Shown one piece after another: positions 51,825 to 61,114 of a stretch of DNA of 64,000 nucleotides. Made by a program: the position numbers and the translations under genes. The DNA is taken from positions 448,001-512,000 of the forward strand of contig OZ241867.1 of NCBI GenBank assembly GCA_965203175.1, read 5' to 3'. Positions within the stretch are counted from its first letter, which is position 1. The number at the start of each line of letters is the position of its first letter. The stretch is from Candidatus Latescibacterota bacterium. Lineage in GTDB: Bacteria > Latescibacterota > UBA2968 > UBA8231. The notes under the pieces are model-generated. The model saw only the letters and a list, made by a program, of their open reading frames with translations, searched no databases and was not told the origin of the DNA.

Positions 51825-53390
51825 ATGCTAAAGGTGAAACCCGAAGCGGGACAGACGTCCAAGCGCAAACTGCCCATCGGCATTCAGACCTTTCGCCAAA
51901 TTCGCGAAGAACCCTACTACTACGTCGATAAGACCGCCTACATAAGGCGGTTGGTCGCCGAAGGCAAGCACTACTTCCTGTCGCGCCCACGCCGCTTTGG
52001 CAAGAGCCTGTTTCTCGATACGCTCAAGGAACTATTCGAAGGCAACGAGCCTCTTTTTAAGGGGCTGGCCATTCACGACCAATGGGATTGGTCGGTGCGC
52101 CATCCCGTGCTGCGGCTGAGCTTTGGCAGCGGCAACTTTAAAGAGCCGGGCAACCTGCACAAGGAGACGATGGCCCAACTGGGCACCATAGAGAAAGTTG
52201 ACGGCTGCGACACCGCACCGGCTTACTTCCGGCATTTGCTTAGGACGCTGCATCAACGGACTGGCCAGCCGGTGGCGGTGCTAATTGACGAGTACGACAA
52301 GCCCATTCTCGACGCGCTGGAGGTGCCAGAAATCGCCCGGGCCAACCGCGATTATTTGCGCGGCTTGTACGCGACCATTAAGGATAGCGACGCGCACATC
52401 GCGTTTACCTTCCTCACCGGGGTAAGCAAATTCTCTAAAGTCAGCTTGTTTTCCGGCCTCAACAACCTCATCGACATCACCTTGGACCCGCACTACTCGG
52501 CCATCTGCGGCTATACCGAGAGGGACTTGGATGCGGTGTTCGCCCCAGAACTGTCCGGCTTGGACCGAGAGGAAATACGCACATGGTACAACGGCTACAA
52601 CTGGCTCGGCGAGGAAGCTGTGTACAACCCCTTCGATGTGTTGCTGCTGTTCTACAACCGTCGGTTCGGTGCCTACTGGTTTGAGACAGGTACACCGACG
52701 TTTCTGCTCGAGACGTTGGTGGAGCGCGAGATCAGTTCTTTGGCCTTGGACGACATGCTCGGCAGCGACGCGTTGCTGTCGGAGTTTGACGTGGATCACA
52801 TTGCAACCGAGGCCCTGCTGTTTCAGACCGGCTACCTGACCATTCGCCGCAGTGAGCTGCACGGCGGGCGGATGTACTATCGGCTGGGCTACCCCAACCG
52901 GGAAGTGCAGCAAAGCCTGAACGAGAGCCTGCTGAACCACTTGACGAGCAACCCGTCGCGCCAAGTCGAGCACAACGCCCGGCTGTACGACCTGCTGCTG
53001 GTCAACGACTTCGACGGCCTAAAAACGCTGTTCGAGGCGTTCTTTGCCAGCATCCCCTACCAGTGGCACACCAACAACGAGGTTGCTAACTACGAGGGCT
53101 ACTACGCCAGCGTGTTCTACTCGTACTTCGCGTCGCTGGGACTGACGATCACTGTGGAAGACAGCAGCCAAGCGGGTCGCCTCGACATGGCAGTCCTGTT
53201 CAATGGAAATGTGTACCTGTTCGAGTTCAAGGTAGTGGAACAGGTGTCGTCGGGGGCGGCGATCAGGCAGTTGAAGGAGCGGGACTACGCGGCTAAGTAT
53301 CGCGACCGCGGCGAACCGATTCACCTGATTGGAGTGGAATTCAGCCGAGAGACTCGCACCTTAGCGGCTTTCGAGGTCGAGAGTATGTGA
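51825..53390 (+). CDS. AAA-ATPase-like + PD-(D/E)XK nuclease superfamily 9 protein
   Basis: LPIGIQTF, YYVDKT, SRPRRFGKS, LIDEYDKP, WYNGY, YNPF, GRLDM...FEFK; start trimmed to the ATG at 51825. Confidence 0.92.
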   Translation: MLKVKPEAGQTSKRKLPIGIQTFRQIREEPYYYVDKTAYIRRLVAEGKHYFLSRPRRFGKSLFLDTLKELFEGNEPLFKGLAIHDQWDWSVRHPVLRLSFGSGNFKEPGNLHKETMAQLGTIEKVDGCDTAPAYFRHLLRTLHQRTGQPVAVLIDEYDKPILDALEVPEIARANRDYLRGLYATIKDSDAHIAFTFLTGVSKFSKVSLFSGLNNLIDITLDPHYSAICGYTERDLDAVFAPELSGLDREEIRTWYNGYNWLGEEAVYNPFDVLLLFYNRRFGAYWFETGTPTFLLETLVEREISSLALDDMLGSDALLSEFDVDHIATEALLFQTGYLTIRRSELHGGRMYYRLGYPNREVQQSLNESLLNHLTSNPSRQVEHNARLYDLLLVNDFDGLKTLFEAFFASIPYQWHTNNEVANYEGYYASVFYSYFASLGLTITVEDSSQAGRLDMAVLFNGNVYLFEFKVVEQVSSGAAIRQLKERDYAAKYRDRGEPIHLIGVEFSRETRTLAAFEVESM

Positions 53391-53475
53391 GTGTCGCCGG
53401 ACATATCTCGGTTCCCGACTCGGCGACGACAGCCCCTGTTGCGCTGCCGCCGCTAAGCCCTTATCGTAGCCAACC

Positions 53476-54489
53476 ATGTCCACCCCACCTGTCATCCAGA
53501 CCACGACCGTCGGCTCCTATCCCATCCCGGACTGGCTCCAAGCCCTGCCCTCCGAGCAGGCCCTCGTCGATGCCACCCGCGTGGTGTTCGACACCCAGCG
53601 CCAAGCCGGCATCGACCTGCCCACCGATGGCGAGCTGTACCGCTTCGACATCAACCATCCAGACACCAACGGCATGATCGAGTACTTCGTCCGGCCCATG
53701 GGCGGCACCCGCGCGAAATTTGGCCGCCGCGAGGCCGAGGAGTTCGCCGCCAAACAAAGCATGGGCTTCCGGGCCAAGCCCGCGGCCGTAGTGGACGCCG
53801 AACTCGGCGCGGGCAGTCTCGACCTGCTCGCCGACTGCGCCCGCGCCGCAGCCGTGGCCGGTGGCCCCTTCAAGTTCACCCTGACCAGTCCATACATGCT
53901 GGCCCGTACCCTCCTCGATCACCACTACGGCAACTTCGCCGCGCTCTTGATGGCCGTTGCCCACGTCCTCGCCGACCAAGTCCGCGGCCTGCCCTGTGCC
54001 TGCGTCCAAATCGACGAGGCCAACATCCCCGGCAACCCAGCCGACGGCCCCCTCGCGGCCCGCGCCATCAACGCCGTACTCGACAGCATCGACTCAGGCA
54101 CCCAAAAGGCCGTCCACTTTTGCTTTGGCAACTACGGCGGCCAGACCATCCAGCAGGGCGAGTGGCGCGCCCTGCTCGACTTTCTCAACGAGTTGCGCGC
54201 CGATCACTTAGTGCTCGAACTCGCCCACCGCCCGGCGAGCGACCTGAGCGCCCTGCAACAAATCGACTCGCGCATCGGCATCGGCATCGGCGTGATCGAC
54301 ATCAAAGTCAACCACATCGAGACGGCCGAAGAGATCGCTCGCCGCATAGAAGCCGCTGCTGCCGCCGCCGGCCCCGACCGCATTCACTTCATCCACCCAG
54401 ACTGCGGCTTTTGGATGCTCAAACGCTCCATCGCCGACCGCAAGATTGCGGCACTGGCCGAAGGACGGAATCTGTACTTGGGAATATAG
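53476..54489 (+). CDS. Cobalamin-independent methionine synthase II-like protein
   Basis: TTVGSYP, TDGE, QIDE, HFCFGNY and PDCG motifs. Confidence 0.85.
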   Translation: MSTPPVIQTTTVGSYPIPDWLQALPSEQALVDATRVVFDTQRQAGIDLPTDGELYRFDINHPDTNGMIEYFVRPMGGTRAKFGRREAEEFAAKQSMGFRAKPAAVVDAELGAGSLDLLADCARAAAVAGGPFKFTLTSPYMLARTLLDHHYGNFAALLMAVAHVLADQVRGLPCACVQIDEANIPGNPADGPLAARAINAVLDSIDSGTQKAVHFCFGNYGGQTIQQGEWRALLDFLNELRADHLVLELAHRPASDLSALQQIDSRIGIGIGVIDIKVNHIETAEEIARRIEAAAAAAGPDRIHFIHPDCGFWMLKRSIADRKIAALAEGRNLYLGI

Positions 54490-54498
54490 GCGCAGTAC

Positions 54499-55233
54499 TT
54501 AAGGGCTAGTCCTGCGCATGATGCTGAGGATCTGGCCGGTCATGCCGCTGGCCGGGGGTTGTGCGGCGAGAAAAAGCGCCGAGGCAACGACCTGTTCTGG
54601 CTCCTTCCACGGCTCGCTTGCAGCGCGAAAGCTGCTGGCCTGTTGCCAAGAAGGTTTTGACAGCTCCGTCCTGACCGGACCAGGTATGAGAACATTGGCG
54701 ATGATACCCTCACTCCACACTTCTTCTGCAATGGCTTGGGTCAACCCGTGCAAGGCCGCTTTGGACGCGCAATAGACGCTCAGGTCCGCGTGGCCGACCT
54801 GGCCCATGCCAGAGCCGACATTGATGATGTTCCCGCTGCCCTGTCGCTGCATAATGGGCAATACCGCACGGCAACAGCGGACGACGCCCATGACGTTAAT
54901 CTGCCACGCCTGCTCCCACTCCTCATCTGTCGCGTCTAAAAACAGCCCGCGCGGATTGACGCCGGCGTTGTTGACGAGAATGTCGATCCGATCAAACCGC
55001 GCTACTGTTTTCTGCACGAGGCGTTCCACCTCTGCACTCACCCGCAAATCAGTCGGCACCGCGAGGACTTCGCCACCCTGCGCGGCAATCGCCGCGACTA
55101 CTTCGTCGAGCTGAGCCGTGCTGCGCGCAGCAATGGCGACCTGCGCGCCCTCGGCAGCGTAGCCCATAGCGATAGCGCGGCCAATGCCGCGGCCCCCGCC
55201 CGTGACGAGGGCGACTTTGTCTTTGAGTTGCAT
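54499..55233 (-). CDS. SDR family oxidoreductase
   Basis: TGGGRGIG, NNAG, YCASK. Confidence 0.93.
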   Translation of the reverse strand: MQLKDKVALVTGGGRGIGRAIAMGYAAEGAQVAIAARSTAQLDEVVAAIAAQGGEVLAVPTDLRVSAEVERLVQKTVARFDRIDILVNNAGVNPRGLFLDATDEEWEQAWQINVMGVVRCCRAVLPIMQRQGSGNIINVGSGMGQVGHADLSVYCASKAALHGLTQAIAEEVWSEGIIANVLIPGPVRTELSKPSWQQASSFRAASEPWKEPEQVVASALFLAAQPPASGMTGQILSIMRRTSP

Positions 55234-55240
55234 AGTTGAG

Positions 55241-56212
55241 TTATCCGCGCAAGTACCCGGCGACCTCTTTGGCGAAATAAGTCAAGATCATATCCGCGCC
55301 GGCCCGTTTGATCCCTGTCAACACCTCCATAACGGCCTGCTCGCGCTGGACCCACCCCCGCTCCACAGCCGCCACAATCATCCCGTACTCGCCGGAAACA
55401 TTGTACGCGGCAATCGGCACGTCAAAGGCTTGGCGAGCGGCGGCGATTACGTCGAGATAGGCCAGCGCCGGCTTGACCATCACCACATCGGCCCCTTCCT
55501 CAATATCGAGAGCGATCTCCACAAGCGCTTCGCGGCCATTGGCCGGGTCCATCTGATAGCTCTTCTTATCGCCCTTCTTGGGTGCCGACTGGAGCGCGTC
55601 GCGGAACGGGCCGTAAAAGCACGAAGCGTATTTAGCCGAATACGCCAAGATGCCGACGTTTTTATAACCAGCCGCGTCGAGTGCCCGGCGGATGCCGCCG
55701 ACCCGGCCATCCATCATATCTGAAGGTGCGACCCAATCGACGCCTGCTTCGGCGTGCGACAGGGCCATCTTGCACAGCACCTCTATGGTCTCGTCGTTGA
55801 CGACTTCACCATCGACGACCAAGCCGTCGTGGCCGTGGTGGGTATAGGGGTCGAGGGCCACATCGGTCTGCACGCAGAGTTCGGGCACTGCGGCCTTGAG
55901 ACTGCGGATTGCTCGTTGGATCAAGCCCTGCGGGTCGTAGGACTGGGTGGCCTGATCGTCCTTTTCGGTCGAGTAGCCGAAGAGGTTGACCGCCGGGATG
56001 CCCAAATCCCATAACCCGCGGCACTCATTGACCAACTCGTCAACCGAGAAGCGATATTGGCCTGGCATGTCGTCGATGGGCGCGCGCGTTTTTTCGCCTT
56101 CGGTGACAAACAGCGGATGGATCAGATCATCGACGCGCAAGTTGGTCTCGCGCACCAAGCTGCGCACCGCTTCCGAGCGCCTGAGTCGTCGGGGCCTTTT
56201 GGTCAATTCCAC
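55241..56212 (-). CDS. hemB: Porphobilinogen synthase
   Basis: RPRRLR, DVALDPYT..GHDG, APSDMMDGR, SYQMD, MVKP. Confidence 0.97.
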   Translation of the reverse strand: MELTKRPRRLRRSEAVRSLVRETNLRVDDLIHPLFVTEGEKTRAPIDDMPGQYRFSVDELVNECRGLWDLGIPAVNLFGYSTEKDDQATQSYDPQGLIQRAIRSLKAAVPELCVQTDVALDPYTHHGHDGLVVDGEVVNDETIEVLCKMALSHAEAGVDWVAPSDMMDGRVGGIRRALDAAGYKNVGILAYSAKYASCFYGPFRDALQSAPKKGDKKSYQMDPANGREALVEIALDIEEGADVVMVKPALAYLDVIAAARQAFDVPIAAYNVSGEYGMIVAAVERGWVQREQAVMEVLTGIKRAGADMILTYFAKEVAGYLRG

Positions 56213-56329
56213 GGCAATCTCCTAGTCAAATTCTTCTTCGAGCAGACGGAGCAAATCGGGGTTATTACACAGACCTTAATGTTAAAAAATCGCCTAGCGG
56301 ATGGAAAATCCATCGCCGATCAGCCGCAC

Positions 56330-57625
56330 TCACAGACAAAACTTCAGAAACTCGTCCTCTGTCTTTTCGCACCATGCTCGCAGGCGACAGCGATGATCGT
56401 CGAGTTCGTCCTTGAACCGCGCGTTGACGGCGAGGTTGACCATTTCGCCCGGATCTGTTTGCAGATCGACGAGCTGTTCGCGGTAGCGGCCCATGGGATA
56501 GGCGCTGTATTTGTAGCGGTCGGTGAGCACGGCGCGCGAAACACCGCTACCGCCTGGGCCAGGGGCAATGTCCATGATGGTCTCAACAACGAGTTCCCTG
56601 CGCCACTCGTCGGGCGCGTCACCCTCGGCAAGCGATCGCAAGCTCAGCCCTTCGAGGCCATCGGGGACACTCGCACCGCCGACGTCGCACAGCGTGGGCA
56701 GCAGATCGAGGCCGAGGGAGACGAGATGAGTGTTGTCAACGCTACCGGCCCGCGTGATCCCTTTGTGACTGATGATAAAAGGAACGTTGATGACTTCCTC
56801 GTAGAGGCTGGTTTTTTGATTCCATTGGTGCGCTCCGTGTCCATCGCCGTGGTCTGACGTGAAAATGATATAGGTCTCTTCTTCGCGACCGAGATCGCGC
56901 AGTCCATTGAGCAGCACGCCGATTTCAGCATCGACTTTTTCGCACAGGCGATAGTAGTAAAATCGGAGACGCCGCCAGTCGTCTTCCGTGTATTCGATGG
57001 TGGAATAGACGCGGCGGTTGGCCTGCCGCAGCATCTGCAGGATATCGGGTGAATAAGGTGAAATGGCGAAGTTTGCGGGCAGATTCGGGCATTCCTCTAC
57101 AGTGGCCGGTTCCGGCACTGGGCCTTGCGGCAGTGGCTGATTGCGGGCGACTTGGCAGATGTCGTGGGGGTTGAGGAATGAAGCGAAGAGGAAGAAGGGA
57201 TTGTCGCGGGCGCGCTGCATGAATTCAATGGAGCGCAGGGGCACCTCGTCGTCGCGACTGCCGCAGATGACTTCGAGTCCGCTTTCTTCGGGCGTGGTGC
57301 CGGGGACGTGCCATTTTCCAGAAAGGGCGCAATCATATCCCGCGTCGGCGAGGAGGTTGCCGAGTGTTCGGCCTTTGTATTCGGGATTGATTGGTGTGCT
57401 GTTGCTAATCGCGCCATTTTGATGGGGGAAAAGGCCGGTCATAAAGCTGGCGCGCTGGGGGCCGCATAAGGGATGCGTGCAATAGGCGCGGGTGAATCGC
57501 ACCCCTGTTTTGGCGAGACTGTCCATATTGGGGGTGTACACGTCGGGGTTGCCAGCACAGGACATGGCTCCGGCGTATTGCTGGTCCGTGATGATGAAGA
57601 GAATATTGGGGCGACGCTCTGGCAT
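56330..57625 (-). CDS. Formylglycine-dependent sulfatase (Cys type)
   Basis: PNILFIITDQ, CGPQRASFMTG (CxPxR), GKWH, SDHG. Confidence 0.93.
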   Translation of the reverse strand: MPERRPNILFIITDQQYAGAMSCAGNPDVYTPNMDSLAKTGVRFTRAYCTHPLCGPQRASFMTGLFPHQNGAISNSTPINPEYKGRTLGNLLADAGYDCALSGKWHVPGTTPEESGLEVICGSRDDEVPLRSIEFMQRARDNPFFLFASFLNPHDICQVARNQPLPQGPVPEPATVEECPNLPANFAISPYSPDILQMLRQANRRVYSTIEYTEDDWRRLRFYYYRLCEKVDAEIGVLLNGLRDLGREEETYIIFTSDHGDGHGAHQWNQKTSLYEEVINVPFIISHKGITRAGSVDNTHLVSLGLDLLPTLCDVGGASVPDGLEGLSLRSLAEGDAPDEWRRELVVETIMDIAPGPGGSGVSRAVLTDRYKYSAYPMGRYREQLVDLQTDPGEMVNLAVNARFKDELDDHRCRLRAWCEKTEDEFLKFCL

Positions 57626-57703
57626 ACTTGATCTTTGCTCCTAGAATAGTCTTCACTCGGAAGGCAAAAATATGACTCAGCAGATGGAACGTCCAACGCC
57701 GGA

Positions 57704-57730
57704 GTAACAAATCCCTCTCGACATCGTTCT
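57704..57730 (+). promoter_or_regulatory. Putative ECF-sigma autoregulatory promoter
   Basis: GTAAC-N16-CGTT about 50 nt upstream of the sigma gene, matching the AAC-N16-CGT ECF architecture. Confidence 0.55.
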
Positions 57731-57781
57731 ATAAGCGTGTGCACACGAGAATTGTCCAACACCTGACATCATGGAGATGCA

Positions 57782-58300
57782 ATGCACGCAGAACAGGCGA
57801 TTGAAAGATTCGGGCCGCTGGTCATGAGTCTGATCTGGCGGATCAACGGAAACCACGACGAGACAGCCGACCTCTACCAAGAAGTATTCGTAAAGTTCCA
57901 CGAGACCACGAGCGAGCGCGGGCCGCTGCAACAGCCCAAGGCGTGGTTGTGCCGCACGGCGATCAATGCCGCCCTCGATTTCAAACGTCAGCGATCGAGG
58001 TTTGTCTCCTGGACAGAATCGGCGGAGGAACCCCACAACTGGGAGGCGAACGATGTGGTCGAAAATGGCCTTATGGTCGAAAAAATTCGCCGTCTCACGG
58101 TGGACTTGCCCGAGCGCCGCAGAGAAGTCTTCGTCCTCCGCTACTTCCAAGGCTGTTCCTTCGCGCAGATCGCCCAACTGCTAAATTGCTCTGCGGGAGC
58201 AGCGCGTGCCGCAGCATTCCAAGCCTCAAAACAGATTCGCGCGTGGCTGACCTGCGACTGTCCATCCGCAACAACATCAACCAAGGAAGCTAACCGATGA
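57782..58300 (+). CDS. ECF RNA polymerase sigma factor
   Basis: ADLYQEVF, AWLCRTAINAALD, LPERRREVFVLR...SFAQIAQLL. Confidence 0.92.
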   Translation: MHAEQAIERFGPLVMSLIWRINGNHDETADLYQEVFVKFHETTSERGPLQQPKAWLCRTAINAALDFKRQRSRFVSWTESAEEPHNWEANDVVENGLMVEKIRRLTVDLPERRREVFVLRYFQGCSFAQIAQLLNCSAGAARAAAFQASKQIRAWLTCDCPSATTSTKEANR

Positions 58301-59157
58301 TTACGACTGAGCAGTTTGAACACAAACTCATCGAATACCTCGACGGCGAGCTGTCCGATGCCGAAAAGCGGGAAGTAGAGGAGTACCTACAAGCCCATCC
58401 CGAAGCCATCAACCTCAAAGGCGATTTCTCCCTGCTGTGCGGGGCTGGGAAATCGATCCGCGAATCCACCTTTCCCGCAGATTTGCTCTTGGAAGCCAAC
58501 CGCAAGCTCGCCGCTCGCCTAGCCGATCAGCGTCGCGAGAATGTGGCTCCCATCCCCGTCGCGTCCGACAACGGATCGCCAGAGACCGCCCCCAGCCAGA
58601 CCTTGCAGTCGAACTGGCGACGGCGGTTGCGTCCGCCCGTGCTAGCCGCCGTACTCGCCGCGCTGGCGATCCTCTTAGTAGGTGTCATCACTCAGAGGGC
58701 AGCTCTCGCCAACATTGCCAGCAGCCTGCTGCAAATCGTAGTGACCTTCAACGACGAGCCCCTGTCCGATAGCCAACAGCAAGCGTTCGACGAGCTTGTT
58801 CAGATCACGGAAACCGTGGATGAGAATGGCGATCAGGTCGTCATCGTCAACGTGGAGGCCGATCAGATGCCCCAGGAGTTCAGTGACGGTGTCCTGGAAG
58901 TGGTGATCAGCGGCGATGAAAGCAGTGAAGCAGTAAGCTCCGATTCAGACCTTATAATGATGGTCGGCGGCGCAACGGTTTTCAGCGACAGCAGTGTAAG
59001 TGTAAACCTCGATTCGCTGCGCATCGCGCTTACCGCGCGTGATTCGCTGCGCGCTGCGAAGATGAAGATCGGCTCCCAGTCTCCAGGCGTCGCCGAGGAT
59101 AAGAGCTGGGGCGACATCAAGAAAGCCGTCGGTTCCACCACGGACGACGCTCCCTAA
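58297..59157 (+). CDS. Membrane-anchored anti-sigma factor
   Basis: ATGA overlap with the sigma gene; zf-HC2-like LIEYLDGELS...EVEEYL lacking Cys ligands; single TM; periplasmic C-terminus. Confidence 0.8.
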   Translation: MITTEQFEHKLIEYLDGELSDAEKREVEEYLQAHPEAINLKGDFSLLCGAGKSIRESTFPADLLLEANRKLAARLADQRRENVAPIPVASDNGSPETAPSQTLQSNWRRRLRPPVLAAVLAALAILLVGVITQRAALANIASSLLQIVVTFNDEPLSDSQQQAFDELVQITETVDENGDQVVIVNVEADQMPQEFSDGVLEVVISGDESSEAVSSDSDLIMMVGGATVFSDSSVSVNLDSLRIALTARDSLRAAKMKIGSQSPGVAEDKSWGDIKKAVGSTTDDAP

Positions 59158-59196
59158 TCAAGCGGATCGCTCGATTTCAAGCCAAGCCTTCAAAGA

Positions 59197-59233
59197 GAAC
59201 GGGCCCTAGGTCATCATCGACCGGGGCCCGTTC
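59197..59233. terminator. Hairpin between the convergent anti-sigma and RDD-SPase genes
   Basis: gaacgggccc...gggcccgttc stem. Confidence 0.6.
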
Positions 59234-59258
59234 GTCATCCTGTTTCCTGTACGTCGAT

Positions 59259-60293
59259 TCAGCGGATCAAGCGCCCAAGGCGATCCCAGCGGATGGAATA
59301 TCCATCGCCGACCGACAAGTACACAATCCCCACCTTGGCGTGCAGGGCTGAGCGCGGGATCGGTCCATGGGTGCGGCTGTCAAAGCTCTTGTCGCGGTTG
59401 TCGCCTAGGACGAAGTAGTGGCCTTGCGGAATTTCCAACGACTCGATACTCATCGAGTGATGTCGAAGTTCTCGATAGACGCCTGGATCGTCGCGCAGCG
59501 GCGCACCGTTGACATAGAGCACGCTGTCGCGCAGCGATATGCGCTCTCCAGGTAGGCCCATGACTCGCTTTATGAGCAGTCGTCCCTCTTCCTTCGGCGA
59601 CTCATAAATGACGATGTCTCCTCTGCGCGGCTCAGAAGTGCGAGCCCACCGCGTGTCGGCTGTGATGTAGTCGCCCCGTAGTAGGGTCGGCTCCATAGAG
59701 CCTGACGGAATATAGAAACTCTGTAGGTATTTCTTGATGTGATGTTGCAGTTTCTCGACAGCGACGCTCTCAACCCCGACCGTGCAGATCAAGGCCGTCA
59801 CAGCGATGAATAGCTCGCGCCGCAACGGCGGTCTGATACGAACGACGTAGGTTCCACCAATCAGGTCGTGGAGACCTCTCTTTCCCTGTGTAAACGGAAT
59901 CAGCAGAAAAGACAGTCCAATCAGCGAGCAGTCGATAACAGCACGGAGCAGGCTGCGGCGGAAGGAGACAGGCTGGAACCGCTGGCCCACGACCACCAAA
60001 CCGAACAGGCGCTTGCCCAGCGACTGGCGTCCGCGAGCGTTCAGAAACGCCAGAATAAATACGTTGACGACTAAGCTCCCTGGAAACCAGACAAACAGGA
60101 AAAGCTGTAGCAGCGCTTCCGTGCTCAAACTTTCGCTGAAATGCAGGAACGGCAGAAGGAGTGCGCTAGTTACGACGGCAAATCCCAATGTATCGACTAC
60201 AGCACTGGCGATGCGCACCCAGAAACCTGGGAATTTCTGCGCGTCTAGGCTCTCGGTCCGGCTTGTCGTGTCGGCATGGATCGATAAGACCAC
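59259..60293 (-). CDS. lepB: RDD domain-signal peptidase I fusion protein
   Basis: RDD part: PGFWVRIASAVVD, QSLGKRLFGLVVV, RGLHDLIGGTYVV; SPase I part: SGSMEPTL, IKRVMGLPGE, GDNRDKSFDSR. Confidence 0.88.
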   Translation of the reverse strand: MVLSIHADTTSRTESLDAQKFPGFWVRIASAVVDTLGFAVVTSALLLPFLHFSESLSTEALLQLFLFVWFPGSLVVNVFILAFLNARGRQSLGKRLFGLVVVGQRFQPVSFRRSLLRAVIDCSLIGLSFLLIPFTQGKRGLHDLIGGTYVVRIRPPLRRELFIAVTALICTVGVESVAVEKLQHHIKKYLQSFYIPSGSMEPTLLRGDYITADTRWARTSEPRRGDIVIYESPKEEGRLLIKRVMGLPGERISLRDSVLYVNGAPLRDDPGVYRELRHHSMSIESLEIPQGHYFVLGDNRDKSFDSRTHGPIPRSALHAKVGIVYLSVGDGYSIRWDRLGRLIR

Positions 60294-60325
60294 GTTTGAC
60301 CTCAGTCGAAAAGGGCAGCTTTTTT

Positions 60326-60397
60326 GTGGTTCCTTTTTTGGATACTACTAAAAAAAGTCCAGTAGTTCCATTTTTTGAGACCACTGCAAAGGTCTCA
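60326..60397. repeat. Two imperfect 36-bp tandem units, each an imperfect palindrome
   Basis: gtggttccttttttggatactactaaaaaaagtcca / gtagttccattttttgagaccactgcaaaggtctca. Confidence 0.6.
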
Positions 60398-60406
60398 GGC
60401 AAGCCA

Positions 60407-61096
60407 ATGAGCCACTCCGTCCGACGCCATCTGCGCCTTGAAATCGAGGCGTACGATAAGACCATCCGCGCTTTCATTCCCTCCTATGAGGAAATGCTGA
60501 CGCGAGCCGCAGATACCATTGCCGAGACCAAGCCGAAAAAAGTAATCGACCTCGGCGCTGGCACGGGCGCGTTGGCGCAAGCCATATTGCAGCGATGCAA
60601 GGGAGCCACGGTCGAACTAATCGACGCCGACGCCGAGATGCTCGATCAGGCCCGCGAGCGGCTCGCACCCTTTGCTGCACGAGTGCAGTACACCGTGCGA
60701 GCGTTCCAAGGTCCGCTACCCGCTTGCGACGCGGCAGTCGCCTCCCTCGCGCTGCACCACGTGCCCACCCTAGCCGAAAAACGAACGATCTTCAGCGCAA
60801 TTCACGCTGCGTTGCGTCCAAGCGGCGTGTTCGTCAACGCGGATGCCACCATGCCCGCCAGCCCGTCCGCTCGCCAAGCCGAATACGAAACTTGGGCGTC
60901 CCACCTCGTCTCTTGCGGCATCGCCGAGGAGCGCGCCTATAGCCATTTCGCGGAATGGTCCGACGAAGACACCTACTTTCCCGTGGAAGACGAACTCGCC
61001 GCGCTGACGGACGCCGGTTTTAACGCGACCTGTCTGTGGCGCGTCGTACCGGTCACAGTCATAAAAGCAGCTAAACCCGCAGCACATAGTGCGTGA
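60407..61096 (+). CDS. Class I SAM-dependent methyltransferase (CmoA-like)
   Basis: YDKTIRAFIPSYEEM, IDLGAGTG, SLALHH; ATG at 60407. Confidence 0.88.
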   Translation: MSHSVRRHLRLEIEAYDKTIRAFIPSYEEMLTRAADTIAETKPKKVIDLGAGTGALAQAILQRCKGATVELIDADAEMLDQARERLAPFAARVQYTVRAFQGPLPACDAAVASLALHHVPTLAEKRTIFSAIHAALRPSGVFVNADATMPASPSARQAEYETWASHLVSCGIAEERAYSHFAEWSDEDTYFPVEDELAALTDAGFNATCLWRVVPVTVIKAAKPAAHSA

Positions 61097-61114
61097 CGAG
61101 TTACAGCAGGAGAG

